Counted from the first letter of the stretch, positions 18,896 to 28,626 are shown. The stretch: DNA of 64,000 nucleotides from Collinsella sp. (GCA_048485235.1 DBFWCI010000004.1:3267-67266); one strand, 5' to 3'. The notes: a model not told the origin generated them from the letters alone. Made by a program: numbers and translations.

Positions 18896-18972
18896 ATGAT
18901 CGTGCGGTTGGATCGGGTTTTTAACGCAGCTCTAAAGAGTGCGAAACAGCTCGGAAAACCTCGCCTCGTAGC

Positions 18973-19548
18973 ATGAGCCTAACGATTGATACCGCCTATG
19001 CGCACGGAAGGGTTGTGGGAAAGATGGTCAATTATGGGTTTGGTATGCCGACGCGCCTTGTTGCGGATGGAGACGTGGCTCGCTGGTGCGGACGATTGGT
19101 CGCTCACTACGGTGGCACCAAGGCACTGGTCGTGCTGGGCGGTGACAAGCATACGCGCGATGAGCTTGTCTCGGCGGCACTTGGCTCGCTTGATCGAGCT
19201 CTGCTCGAGCGCGTGCTTTTTCGCTGCGGCTCGGTTGAGGGTGACGGGGGAGACGAACTGATCGACGAAGCCGTGGCCCTGGCGACCGACGAAGGCATGG
19301 ACTTTGTCCTGGCGATTGGCGATGTCGATACTGCTGGCTTTGCACGCGAGCTCGCGCGGCGCATGGCGGCGCTCGATGCCGGCGAAGACGGCTTTGTGCC
19401 TTATGGATGCATTCTCTCGGAGGGCAAGGCGCCTGCTGTCGTGGGCACCGGTGAGGTTCCCGTTTTTGCCATTATCGCGCCCGAACTGCTGGAGGGCATC
19501 GGGTCTCCTCTGCGTGAGTTGCTCGGTAGCATCTGCGCCGCGGCCTAA
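18973..19548 (+). CDS. Hypothetical protein resembling only the N-terminal half of iron-containing alcohol dehydrogenases
   Basis: F..PTRLV..G..KALVVLGGD...VLAIGDVD layout, with the GGGS motif degenerated. 191 aa against about 380 aa for the family. Confidence 0.5.
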   Translation: MSLTIDTAYAHGRVVGKMVNYGFGMPTRLVADGDVARWCGRLVAHYGGTKALVVLGGDKHTRDELVSAALGSLDRALLERVLFRCGSVEGDGGDELIDEAVALATDEGMDFVLAIGDVDTAGFARELARRMAALDAGEDGFVPYGCILSEGKAPAVVGTGEVPVFAIIAPELLEGIGSPLRELLGSICAAA

Positions 19549-19556
19549 TATTTGCC

Positions 19557-19622
19557 ATAAAAGGACGGGTTATTTTTGGTTGGTAAAGCGTTTGACCTGC
19601 CAAAATAAGCCTGTCCCTTTTT
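19557..19622. terminator. Long imperfect hairpin with T-run (terminator-like); its right arm is an alpha-type GGGACAGG-core repeat
   Basis: AAAAGGACGGGTTATTTTTGG ... CCAAAATAAGCCTGTCCCTTTTT. Confidence 0.55.
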
Positions 19623-19747
19623 AATCGGTTGCCGTTTGGAGGCCGATTGGCAACGCTCGCTGATTGTAGTCTTGACCTGCGCTAGAATAGTGGCATCTGA
19701 ATGTCCGGGCGCATGGAGGCGTGCGCCCGTATGCTGAGGAGGACTCT

Positions 19748-21442
19748 ATGGCAACTGTTGCCGCACCTATCGATGCTACGTCGACTGCCGCTTGGAAGGC
19801 ACTCGAGGCTCATCAGGAGAAGCTTGAGGCCGATGGCATCGACCTCAAGGCCTGGTTCGCCGCCGATGCCGAGCGCGTGAACAAGCTGAGCTTTGACGCC
19901 GGTGACCTGCACTTCGATCTGTCGAAGAACCTGGTGACCGATGAGACCGTCAAGCTGCTGTGCGATCTTGCCCGCGAGGTGAAGCTCGAGGAGCGCCGCG
20001 ACGCCATGTTCTCCGGCGAGCACATCAACACCACCGAGGACCGCGCCGTCCTGCACACCGCGCTTCGCCGCCCGGCAACCGAGAAGGGCCAGCTCATCGT
20101 CGACGGCCAGGACGTCGTCGCCGACGTGCACGAGGTCCTCGATCGCATGTATGCCTTCGCCGAGCGCGTGCGCTCCGGTGAGTGGAAGGGCGTTACCGGC
20201 AAGAAGATCGAGCACCTGGTGTCCATCGGCATCGGTGGCTCCGATCTGGGCCCGGTCATGGCCTACGAGGCCCTGCGTCCCTATGCCGACGCCGGTATCG
20301 ACTGCCGCTACATCTCCAACATCGACCCCAACGACCAGGCCGAGAAGCTCAAGGGCCTGGATCCCGAGACCACGCTCGTGATCATCGTCTCCAAGACCTT
20401 CACCACGCTCGAGACCCTCACCAACGCCCGCGAGGTCAAGACCTGGATGCTCGAGCAGCTCAAGGCTCAGGGCGCCATCGACGGCTCCGATGAGCAGAAC
20501 GCCGAGGCCGTGGCAAAGCACTTCGTCGCCGTTTCCACCGCACTCGAGAAGGTCGAGGCCTTCGGTATCGACCCCGCCAACGCCTTCGGTTTCTGGAACT
20601 GGGTCGGCGGCCGCTATTCCGTTGACTCCGCCGTGGGCCTGTCGCTGATCGTCGTGCTCGGCCCCGAGCGCTTCCAGCAGTTCCTCGAAGGCTTCCACGC
20701 CATCGACGAGTACTTCTGCAACACCCCGCTCGAGAACAACGCCGTCGCGCTGATGGGCCTGCTCAATGTCTGGTACGTCAACTTCTTCGGTTCCAAGAGC
20801 CACGCCGTGCTTCCGTACTGCCAGTATCTGCACCGCTTCCCGGCCTACCTGCAGCAGCTCACCATGGAGTCCAACGGCAAGCACGTCCGCTGGGACGGCA
20901 GCGCTGTGACCTCCGATACCGGTGAGATCTTCTGGGGCGAGCCCGGCACCAACGGCCAGCATGCCTTCTATCAGCTGCTGCACCAGGGCACTGTGGTGGT
21001 CCCGGCCGACTTTATCGCTTTCGCCAACACTGCCAACCCTGCGACCGACAGCGGCCAGGATGTCCACGAGCTGTTCCTGGGCAACTTCCTGGCCCAGACC
21101 AAGGCGCTCGCCTTTGGTAAGACGGCCGATGAGGTGCGCGCCGAGGGCACACCCGAGCAGATCGTCCCGGCCCGTTGCTTTGAGGGCAACCGTCCGACGA
21201 CTTCGATCTTCGGCGACACGCTGACCCCGTTCGCGCTCGGCGAGCTCATCGCCCTGTACGAGCACATCACGTTTGTCGAGGGCACGGTCTGGGGCATCGA
21301 CTCCTACGACCAGTGGGGCGTTGAGCTGGGCAAGCAGCTTGCCAAGCAGATTACCCCTGCCTTACACGATGACGCCGCCAAGGCCGAGCAGGACGCTTCG
21401 ACCCAGGCGCTTATCGAGTTCTACCGCGCTCACCGTAAGTAG
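19748..21442 (+). CDS. pgi: Glucose-6-phosphate isomerase
   Basis: 564 aa from ATG 19748 (GAGGAGG SD). Conserved [15 protein letters not shown] and ESNGK motifs. Confidence 0.95.
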   Translation: MATVAAPIDATSTAAWKALEAHQEKLEADGIDLKAWFAADAERVNKLSFDAGDLHFDLSKNLVTDETVKLLCDLAREVKLEERRDAMFSGEHINTTEDRAVLHTALRRPATEKGQLIVDGQDVVADVHEVLDRMYAFAERVRSGEWKGVTGKKIEHLVSIGIGGSDLGPVMAYEALRPYADAGIDCRYISNIDPNDQAEKLKGLDPETTLVIIVSKTFTTLETLTNAREVKTWMLEQLKAQGAIDGSDEQNAEAVAKHFVAVSTALEKVEAFGIDPANAFGFWNWVGGRYSVDSAVGLSLIVVLGPERFQQFLEGFHAIDEYFCNTPLENNAVALMGLLNVWYVNFFGSKSHAVLPYCQYLHRFPAYLQQLTMESNGKHVRWDGSAVTSDTGEIFWGEPGTNGQHAFYQLLHQGTVVVPADFIAFANTANPATDSGQDVHELFLGNFLAQTKALAFGKTADEVRAEGTPEQIVPARCFEGNRPTTSIFGDTLTPFALGELIALYEHITFVEGTVWGIDSYDQWGVELGKQLAKQITPALHDDAAKAEQDASTQALIEFYRAHRK

Positions 21443-21474
21443 TCGCTGCTGTTAACGCATCGCGCCTTATAGTC

Positions 21475-21514
21475 AGGGGCCCGTATCCTATTGGATGCGG
21501 GCCCCTTTGCTTTG
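21475..21514 (+). terminator. Terminator after pgi
   Basis: AGGGGCCCG-loop-CGGGCCCCT followed by TTGCTTTG. Confidence 0.75.
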
Positions 21515-21583
21515 CCGTAGTCCCGGGGCGCACGGCCTTTGTGGAACATCGCCGGGGCGCCGCGCGCCGCGAGAACCCTGCGC

Positions 21584-22888
21584 CTAGATCTCGGCCTCCG
21601 CATGGCCTCGCTGCGCCTCGGGCAGCTCCCCGTAGAGCGGATGGTCTTCGAGCCTAAAGCGCTCGACCTGTTCGGGAGTGCGACCGCGTACAAAGAGCCA
21701 CGAGCGATCAATCGGCGTCGCCATGAGCGTGCTGGGCAGCGCGTCAGCGCGGTCGGAAAACACCCGGGCACTCTCGGGATCCTGGAACGCCAGCACCAGA
21801 TGCGTGTCGCAGTTGCCCATGATGGAGCGTGCGCGTGCCTCGCCATAGAGCGCATCGAGCTGGTTGGTCGACTGCAGCAGCAGCGTTGCCCAGATGTTGC
21901 GGCTTCGGATAATCGAGAGCACGTTGTCGATCTGGGGGATCTGCAGATTTGCGAAGTCATCGAGCATAAAGCGCACGGGCACGGGCAGGCTGCCGTCGGG
22001 CTGCCTATCGGCTTCGCGAATGAGGCCCATAAACGCCTGCGTAATAAAGAGGCCGGTCAGCGGATCGAGATTGCGGTCAATATCGCTCACGGTTACAAAC
22101 AGGGCGCAGGGGGTGTGTCCCATGGAAGCGAAGTCCACCTGATGGCACTCACGATAGAGCTGTGCCACACCGTCGAATCCCAGACACATGACCTTTTCGG
22201 CAAGGATGCCGACGATGCTCGCGTGCATGCGCTCGGCATTTTGCGTAATGGCGTAGCGCCGCCATAGCGAGAGGGCATAGCTTTGGGGGTCGGTCGTGAT
22301 CAGGTCGTCAAACAATCGACCCGTGGCACCGTCTTGCAGGTGCTCGATCAGCTTGATGACCGAGCTGATCGTCTGCTCGCCGGCGGGTAGCTGTTCGGTG
22401 ACGTAGGCGATAAGACACGACAGCAGGTTTGCCGCGGCATGATCCCAAAAAGGCTGGTTGTTGTCCTCGATGGGGCAGATGGCCTTTGCCACCGAGAGGA
22501 TGTCCTGCTGGTTGGGCCTGCCGTCCGCCTTGCGGCGAATGTGCCTCAGGGGGTTGTAGCCGCAGCGCTCGATGCCGGACGCAAGGGCCGGGACGGTGTT
22601 GAGGTCGGCGAAGTTGAGACATTGCACGCGGTAGCCGTGGGCTGCCAGCACGGGTCCCACTTCGTGACAGAGCGTGCCTTTGGTGTCGAGCACGATGTAG
22701 CTTGCGTTCATTTGCAGCAGGTTGGGCTTGAGGACGTTTCGGGTCTTGCCGGCTCCCGAGGGGCCGATCACAAGTGCGTTGTTGTTGAGTCCCGTTTGGC
22801 GGGTGTTGCAGGAAAGCGTTCGATCCTTGGCAAGGATGGTGGACGATGCGGACTCAGATGCGGCGAGGCGGCTGGCGAGGTTAGACAT
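21584..22888 (-). CDS. Soluble VirD4/TraG-family (type IV coupling protein-like) ATPase
   Basis: Walker A VIGPSGAGKTR, Walker B RFMLDDFANL, overall T4SS-DNA-transfer family pattern, no N-terminal TM helices. Start moved to ATG 22888 (AAGGAGG SD), which overlaps the clpP-like stop. Confidence 0.8.
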   Translation of the reverse strand: MSNLASRLAASESASSTILAKDRTLSCNTRQTGLNNNALVIGPSGAGKTRNVLKPNLLQMNASYIVLDTKGTLCHEVGPVLAAHGYRVQCLNFADLNTVPALASGIERCGYNPLRHIRRKADGRPNQQDILSVAKAICPIEDNNQPFWDHAAANLLSCLIAYVTEQLPAGEQTISSVIKLIEHLQDGATGRLFDDLITTDPQSYALSLWRRYAITQNAERMHASIVGILAEKVMCLGFDGVAQLYRECHQVDFASMGHTPCALFVTVSDIDRNLDPLTGLFITQAFMGLIREADRQPDGSLPVPVRFMLDDFANLQIPQIDNVLSIIRSRNIWATLLLQSTNQLDALYGEARARSIMGNCDTHLVLAFQDPESARVFSDRADALPSTLMATPIDRSWLFVRGRTPEQVERFRLEDHPLYGELPEAQRGHAEAEI

Positions 22889-23498
22889 GGGCGACCTCCT
22901 TGGTGGCCGAGAGGATTTCGTGGGCAAAGCCGAGCTCGACGGCGCGCTCGGCCGAAAGGTAGGTGTCTTTTGCAGTGAGGGACTGGATGCGCTTGGGCGT
23001 GAGGCCGCTGCGGTCCGAGAGGATTTGCGTGAGGATCTTGCGGGTCTGCATGAGACGCCGGCTGGTTTCCTGCAGCGCAAGTGCCGAGCCGCCTGCCCCC
23101 TGGGGGATCAGCGGGTCGTGAATCATGAGCTCTGCATGGGGCGCCATACGGCGATCGTCGCCGCCCATAAAGATCACGGCGCCCATGGACGCGGCGAATT
23201 CCAGGCAGACGGTGCGGATGGGGCACGATGCGAGACGCATGGCGTCATAGATCGCAAGACCCGATCGCACGCTTCCGCCGGCGCTGGCGACAAATATGGT
23301 GATGGGGCGGCTGGGGTCGGTGGCATCGAGCAGGCGAATCTGCTGGCATAGGTCGTGGGCCATCGGGGTTTCGATGTTTCCCATGACGGAGAGCTCGCGA
23401 CGGGCGAGCATCTCATCGTAAATGCTGGTGAGCGTGATACCTCGGGCGGATTCACGCATGGTGAGGGGGCTGATGATGGGGGAATGATTGGTGTCCAT
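22881..23498 (-). CDS. ClpP-family serine protease paralog
   Basis: 205 aa and alignable to ClpP throughout: ..SAGGSVRSGLAIYDAM.., Ser in AASMGAV, His in MIHDP, Asp in AKDTYLSAERAVELGF. Confidence 0.85.
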   Translation of the reverse strand: MDTNHSPIISPLTMRESARGITLTSIYDEMLARRELSVMGNIETPMAHDLCQQIRLLDATDPSRPITIFVASAGGSVRSGLAIYDAMRLASCPIRTVCLEFAASMGAVIFMGGDDRRMAPHAELMIHDPLIPQGAGGSALALQETSRRLMQTRKILTQILSDRSGLTPKRIQSLTAKDTYLSAERAVELGFAHEILSATKEVAHV

Positions 23499-23561
23499 GA
23501 GGACTCCTTTCTGTTGGTGGTGTTGTGGAATAGAGTCGCTGCCCGCGGAGGGGCTGGCGGG

Positions 23562-24452
23562 CTACAGGGTTCGTCCGAGCCTGAGATCGAGCTCGGTTGT
23601 GGGGCAGGCTGCCTGTCCGTGCGGCTCGCAAGCGCCAAGGGCTCCAAAGCGATGGAGCGTTGCGACGGGCGTGGTGTAGGCGAGCCGCAGCTGATGCTCG
23701 ATAGGGGCACATCCGTCATTTTTGTAATGAGCCGCGTAGTACTGCGCGATGCTGGCGTTCATCTCGCTGCCATTGCGATGGCGCTCAAACTGGCGTCTGC
23801 AGGTCTCGATGATCTTTGCTACCGACTTGGGTGCCGTCGCGGGAACAAGGGCGAGATAGCCCTCAAATAGCTCGTTGATGTTCAGGAGGCACAGCAGGTC
23901 GATCAGCGTCCTTATGGCTGCTCCCTCGGCGGAAAAGTGCGCGGTCATGCGGTTATATCGGTTGCGGTCGACGATGGCCGCATGGGGTCTTGGAGTTTTC
24001 TGCCCCGTGGTCCCGGGCTTTTGCAGCACCTGTGTATTGAGCTCGACGTTGCAGCGCTTGAGGCCGTCCAACGGAAGGAGCAGTGCGGTGCGCAGGGTGT
24101 TCCGCTTGCTTTCGAGTTCATGACGCTCGTCGGGTTCCCATTCGAGCTTGAGTTTCGTGTCGAGCGCCGTAAGCATATGGGCTAGGCAGCCTACGGTAAG
24201 AACGTACGAATCGTTGTCGCGTTTTGGGGCATAGGGGTCTGTCAGCTTGCGAATGTCGGGGTCGCCCATGATCTTTGTGCAGCGCTTCAGCAGTTGAGGG
24301 TGGTCGGCCAAGATCGTCGCGAGCGGTAGCGACGCGTAGTTCTTGATGGTCGCGGCGGCAAAGGCGGCGTCATATTCGTTTGCATATGCTCGCTCAATGC
24401 GGGCATCCAGAATGCTTTTCTGATCGCCGTCTTCAGCGTGGTGGTTTGTCAT
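23562..24452 (-). CDS. Hypothetical protein (296 aa), first gene of the ClpP/VirD4-like operon
   Basis: Start moved to ATG 24452 (GGAGAA SD). No domain recognised by eye. Confidence 0.55.
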   Translation of the reverse strand: MTNHHAEDGDQKSILDARIERAYANEYDAAFAAATIKNYASLPLATILADHPQLLKRCTKIMGDPDIRKLTDPYAPKRDNDSYVLTVGCLAHMLTALDTKLKLEWEPDERHELESKRNTLRTALLLPLDGLKRCNVELNTQVLQKPGTTGQKTPRPHAAIVDRNRYNRMTAHFSAEGAAIRTLIDLLCLLNINELFEGYLALVPATAPKSVAKIIETCRRQFERHRNGSEMNASIAQYYAAHYKNDGCAPIEHQLRLAYTTPVATLHRFGALGACEPHGQAACPTTELDLRLGRTL

Positions 24453-25060
24453 AGCTTCTCCAATCGGTTGATGTTCGTGCTGTTTGTTGATGTGTTGGTT
24501 GTCGTGAGTGATGTGCTTGCCGTGGGTGATGTGCTGACGTTGGGGTGCTATGCGGTTTTCAATGAGCCCGTGAGACAGTTGCTGCAGGGGCGGGATGGAA
24601 CGGCCCATGCAAGGCGGAAGGCATCGTGCTCAAAATCGAGACAGCAATGCCCTGGGTGCCTCACATGTGGCAGTTACCTCATTAAGTTGTCATTGCGTTT
24701 GGGGTTGTACTTTGCCGATCTTCCTTCTCTTACACGCTGAAAACTGAAACTGAATATGCTCGATCAAACGATGACCACCGGAGCGGTCATCTTTAAAGTA
24801 CGTTCGTTTTGCTGATTTGACAAGAACTAATTTTGAAATTTATTTCTCCGGGATGAAATGAGGTCGGTGGGGCGGCCGCGTTTAGCGTCGTTAGCTTTGC
24901 ATGTGGTGGCTCGGCGTTTGGGCTGGAACGACTGAGCCCCGAGATGGCGTCCCGTCCATGTTTGAGACAATATATGACTTTTTGCCCGTTGCAAACGGAG
25001 TCGCGGTGGGTGTTCTGTATGATGGCTCAGACAAGGTTGTTCAATGACATGGAGGCATAT

Positions 25061-25903
25061 ATGGCAATCAAAGCCATCGCGATGGATATCGACGGTACGC
25101 TCACCAACGATCAGAAAGTGATTAGCCCGCGTACGCGCGAGAAGCTGCTCGCGGCGCAGGAGTCGGGCATTAAGCTCATTTTGGCTTCGGGCCGTCCCGC
25201 ATGGGGGCTGCACGCGTTGGCACAGGAGCTCGACCTTCAAAACCATGACGGTCTGCTGGTGGCCTTTAACGGCGCTCACGTCGTCGATGCCCAGACCGAC
25301 GAGGTGCTGTTCGATCAAGCTATGCCTGTCGACGAATTGCATCGCCTGATTGATCACCTGCGTAATTTTGACGTGATCCCTATGATTTCGCTTGGTCGCG
25401 ATCTGCACGTCGAGGACTCGTACCATTGCATGATCACGCTGCCTGACGGCTCGCAGAAGAATATCGTCAAGTATGAGCGCGACGCGTGCGATCTTAAGAT
25501 TCGCGAGGTGGAGAGTCTGCATGAGGTCGCTGATGCTTATCCCGTGGACAAGCTACTCACTGCGGGCGACCCGGCCTATTTGCAAGCGCATCACGAGGAG
25601 ATGTACGCGCCCTTTACTCAGACGCTTTCGGGTATGTTTACGGCCGACTGGTACTTCGAGTTTACGGCGCCCGGTATCGACAAGGCCCGTGCGCTCGAGG
25701 GTGCCCTGCCCAAGCTCGGCATCGATGCCAGCGAGGTCGTATCGTTTGGCGACGGCCAGAACGACAAGTCCATGATTGAGTGGGCCGGCACCGGTGTTGC
25801 CATGGGCAACGCGGTCGATGAGGTTAAGGCCGTGGCCCAGATGGTGACCGCCAATAACAACGAAGACGGCATTGCGGTGGCGCTGGATAAGCTGCTGGGT
25901 TAG
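25061..25903 (+). CDS. Cof-type HAD-IIB family hydrolase (sugar phosphatase-like)
   Basis: IAMDIDGTLTND, LASGRP and GDGQNDKSM motifs. Start at ATG 25061 (GGAGG SD). Confidence 0.88.
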   Translation: MAIKAIAMDIDGTLTNDQKVISPRTREKLLAAQESGIKLILASGRPAWGLHALAQELDLQNHDGLLVAFNGAHVVDAQTDEVLFDQAMPVDELHRLIDHLRNFDVIPMISLGRDLHVEDSYHCMITLPDGSQKNIVKYERDACDLKIREVESLHEVADAYPVDKLLTAGDPAYLQAHHEEMYAPFTQTLSGMFTADWYFEFTAPGIDKARALEGALPKLGIDASEVVSFGDGQNDKSMIEWAGTGVAMGNAVDEVKAVAQMVTANNNEDGIAVALDKLLG

Positions 25904-25925
25904 AATCGCCGATAATGCATGGTTC

Positions 25926-25951
25926 GGGCGCCTGCTTACAGGCGCCCTTTT
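25926..25951 (+). terminator. Terminator after the Cof hydrolase gene
   Basis: GGGCGCCTG-CTTA-CAGGCGCCC followed by TTTTG. Confidence 0.7.
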
Positions 25952-25966
25952 GTTAGGGAGGGTGCC

Positions 25967-26626
25967 GTGTCCGCATTTCCGTTCGACGCCGTTATCTTTG
26001 ACATGGACGGCGTGATTGTCGATACCGAGTATTACTACCTGGGCGAGACTGCCGCGTTTGCCAAGGAGCTTGGGCTTAATCTGACTCAAGAGGAGTTGAA
26101 TGGGCAGGTCGGTACCTCGCATCAGTTCTTCCTGCATTTGCTGGTCGATTGGTTTGAGCGCGCCGGTAAGGGGCATTTCACTGGCGAGGAAGCGTTGACC
26201 CGTTGGGACGAGTGGGCGCATAAGCGTCCGCGCGACTATCAGGCTTTGATTAACCCAGGCGCCGTGGATACGATTCGAGAGCTGCCGCGCCGTGGCGTTC
26301 GCGTGGCGCTTGCCAGCTCGTCTCCCATGGTTAGCATCGAGGAAGTGCTCAATGCGTGCGGGCTGTCGGATGCCTTTGAGTATGTGGTGAGCGGCGAGCA
26401 GTTTAAGGAGAGCAAGCCCGAGCCCGACATCTACCTGCATGCGCTGGATCTCCTGGGGCTGCCCGCGAATCGCTGCTGCTGCGTTGAGGATTCGGTGCCT
26501 GGCATCACTGCCGGCAAGCGAGCCGGCCTGACAGTCATTGCCAAGCGCGAGGAGCGCTTTGGATTTAGCCAAGATGCCGCGGACAAGATTATCGACCAGC
26601 TGCCCGATTTGCTGAAGCTTGCGTAG
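25967..26626 (+). CDS. HAD-IA family phosphatase (beta-phosphoglucomutase-like)
   Basis: VIFDMDGVIVDTE, ALASSS and VEDSVPGITAGKRAG motifs. GTG 25967 follows the terminator and a GGGAGGG SD. Confidence 0.85.
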   Translation: MSAFPFDAVIFDMDGVIVDTEYYYLGETAAFAKELGLNLTQEELNGQVGTSHQFFLHLLVDWFERAGKGHFTGEEALTRWDEWAHKRPRDYQALINPGAVDTIRELPRRGVRVALASSSPMVSIEEVLNACGLSDAFEYVVSGEQFKESKPEPDIYLHALDLLGLPANRCCCVEDSVPGITAGKRAGLTVIAKREERFGFSQDAADKIIDQLPDLLKLA

Positions 26627-26686
26627 GGCCAGGGCGGCACGGCGGCCATTACGGCGATCTCGTTAGGACGAGAAAGGGACGGCGCT

Positions 26687-27550
26687 ATGACATTCAACGT
26701 TAACGCTCTTGGGTTTGGCGACAACGTCGTCGACCGCTACGAGCATATCAACACAATGTATCCGGGTGGCAATGCGGTGAACTTTGCCGTGTATGCCAAG
26801 AAGTGCGGTGCCGCGCGCTCCGCGTATATGGGCATCTTTGGTAATGACGCTGCTGCCGAGCATGTGATTGCGAGTCTTGAGGATGAGGGCGTTGAGCTAG
26901 CCAAATGCAAGCAGCTCAACGGCGAGAACGGTGCGGCTCGCGTTACTGTGGTTGATGGTGACCGTGTATTTCTGGGGTCTAACGAGGGCGGCATCCGTGG
27001 TGATGCACGCTATGTGCTCGATCGTTTTGATCTGGCGTATATGAAACAGTTTGATGTGGTCCATTCGGGCAACTACTGCTTTACCGAGCGCGAGCTGCCC
27101 AAGCTGAAGGCAGCGGGTATTACCGTTTCGTTTGACTTCTCGGATGATTCGACCGACGAGTACTACGAGCAGATTGCTCCCTACGTTGACTTCGCGTTCT
27201 TTAGCGCGGCAGACGCTGCGAGCGAGGATGAGATTCGCGAGCGTCTTGCCTGGGTGAAGGGCTTGGGCCCATGTTTTGTGTCCGCAACGGCTGGCGCTGA
27301 GGGCTGCATTGCCTATGACGGCGAGCGTTACTATCGACAGCATGCCAAGCCCGTGACAGACATGAAGGACACCATGGGTGCGGGTGACTCGTTCCTGACT
27401 TCGTTTCTGATGTGCTATCTCGATTCCGCCAAGCGTGGCAAGGATGGTGCCGAGGCCATCGAGCGCGCACTCGACTTTGCGGCGGGGTTTGCTTCGACCG
27501 TATGCGGTATGGAAGGCTCCTGGGGCCATGGGGCACCGATTTCCGAATAG
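26687..27550 (+). CDS. PfkB-family carbohydrate kinase (fructoselysine-6-kinase/FrlD-like)
   Basis: GDNVVDRY...YPGGNAVNFAV N-terminus and DTMGAGDSF near the C-terminus. Confidence 0.85.
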   Translation: MTFNVNALGFGDNVVDRYEHINTMYPGGNAVNFAVYAKKCGAARSAYMGIFGNDAAAEHVIASLEDEGVELAKCKQLNGENGAARVTVVDGDRVFLGSNEGGIRGDARYVLDRFDLAYMKQFDVVHSGNYCFTERELPKLKAAGITVSFDFSDDSTDEYYEQIAPYVDFAFFSAADAASEDEIRERLAWVKGLGPCFVSATAGAEGCIAYDGERYYRQHAKPVTDMKDTMGAGDSFLTSFLMCYLDSAKRGKDGAEAIERALDFAAGFASTVCGMEGSWGHGAPISE

Positions 27551-27596
27551 GTGAGCAGTCCCGGGGAGCTGTATTGGTGCCTTCCCGTGACTCGGT

Positions 27597-27822
27597 GGTC
27601 AAAAAAAGCCAAATATGAGTACTGTGACTAATTTAGTCGCAGCAAAATCGACCCCTTCAGACGTGATTTGAGCGTTTGGAGGGGTTTAAGATTGCGAAAA
27701 TACAGGATGAGTGACTGTGAAAGTGTTAGTTAATGGACAATCGTAGATTAATCTGGTGGCCGGAAAGCTCAAAGTAATGTATCCATTTCGCTAGCAGTAC
27801 TCATATTTGACGTTTTTTGACC
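27597..27822. mobile_element. MITE-like non-coding element with 28-bp terminal inverted repeats
   Basis: GGTCAAAAAAAGCCAAATATGAGTACTG (27597-27624) against the reverse complement of 27795-27822, GGTCAAAAAACGTCAAATATGAGTACTG: 26 of 28 identical. The AT-rich interior is about 170 bp with no ORF. Confidence 0.5.
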
Positions 27823-27829
27823 ACAGGGG

Positions 27830-28612
27830 TCAGCGAAGGCTAAAAACAGAGCGTGCATTTGCTAAAACCGCTGACTCAATATGCTTTGCGTCACAGTTTT
27901 TGAGTGAGGCGATGCGTTCTGAGGTCCATGCAAGCGATCTGATGAGCGACTGCGCGCTTGTTTCTGTGTTTGGCTCGGTCGGCGCATCGGTCTCGAGCAG
28001 TAAACGGTCGAGTGGAATCTGTCGTGCGTATTCGCGTCCTCGTTTGGACGCGAGCATGCGTTCGTTGACAGAAAAATAGCAGCCCGCATTACGCGCGCGG
28101 ACGAGCTCGTCTGAGGTGCCGCTAAACCAGTGGAAGATGATAGCGGGGGAGTCGGGGTTTGGGATGAGTAGCCCGTGCGATTCTAGGGCGTCCAGCGCAG
28201 TTCCTGCCGAACGAACGGCGTGAATTGATATCACGCGCCCGGTAAGAGGATGCTGCGCGAGTGTATCGCAGAGCCGATCAAGTGCCTGTATTTGTAGCGG
28301 CTCGCTTCCTGCAAAGCGCGCGGAAAAGTCGAGTCCGACTTCGCCGATGTAGCGCTCTTGGGCAGCAGCTTCGCAAAGCAGATCGACTTCGGTAGAACCA
28401 CAGCGGCCGTCGGCGAGCCACCAGGGGTGAAGCCCAATGCCGGCGATGATGTCTGGTTGGCGACGGGCGCGCTCGTTTGCGGCCGAAAAGTCACGTGGAT
28501 CGACGCCGCAATCAAATAGACCCAAGCCCAGCGCCGTTGCCTCATCGGCAACGGCGTCGGGGTGAGCCATTAAATCAAGATGGCAGTGTGCATCAAATAA
28601 CCGGGGCTCCAT
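27830..28612 (-). CDS. TatD-family metal-dependent hydrolase
   Basis: FDAHCHLD N-terminal motif. 260 aa TIM-barrel hydrolase pattern. Confidence 0.9.
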   Translation of the reverse strand: MEPRLFDAHCHLDLMAHPDAVADEATALGLGLFDCGVDPRDFSAANERARRQPDIIAGIGLHPWWLADGRCGSTEVDLLCEAAAQERYIGEVGLDFSARFAGSEPLQIQALDRLCDTLAQHPLTGRVISIHAVRSAGTALDALESHGLLIPNPDSPAIIFHWFSGTSDELVRARNAGCYFSVNERMLASKRGREYARQIPLDRLLLETDAPTEPNTETSAQSLIRSLAWTSERIASLKNCDAKHIESAVLANARSVFSLR

Positions 28613-28626
28613 CTCGGCGCGCTCCG

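Noticed and set aside
19682-21265. 527-aa ORF on the minus strand
   Set aside because: It is entirely antisense to the strongly recognisable pgi gene. Its G/A/V/L/R/D/H-rich, low-information composition is typical of shadow ORFs in high-GC DNA, and it has no recognisable motifs.
24660-24830. 19-aa ORF (MLDQTMTTGAVIFKVRSFC) and a GATGACC..GGTCATC hairpin in the AT-richer spacer
   Set aside because: There is no SD and no supporting context. The hairpin is short, so I treat this as promoter or spacer DNA.
25553-26572. 339-aa ORF on the minus strand
   Set aside because: It is antisense to the two HAD hydrolase genes and spans their terminator.
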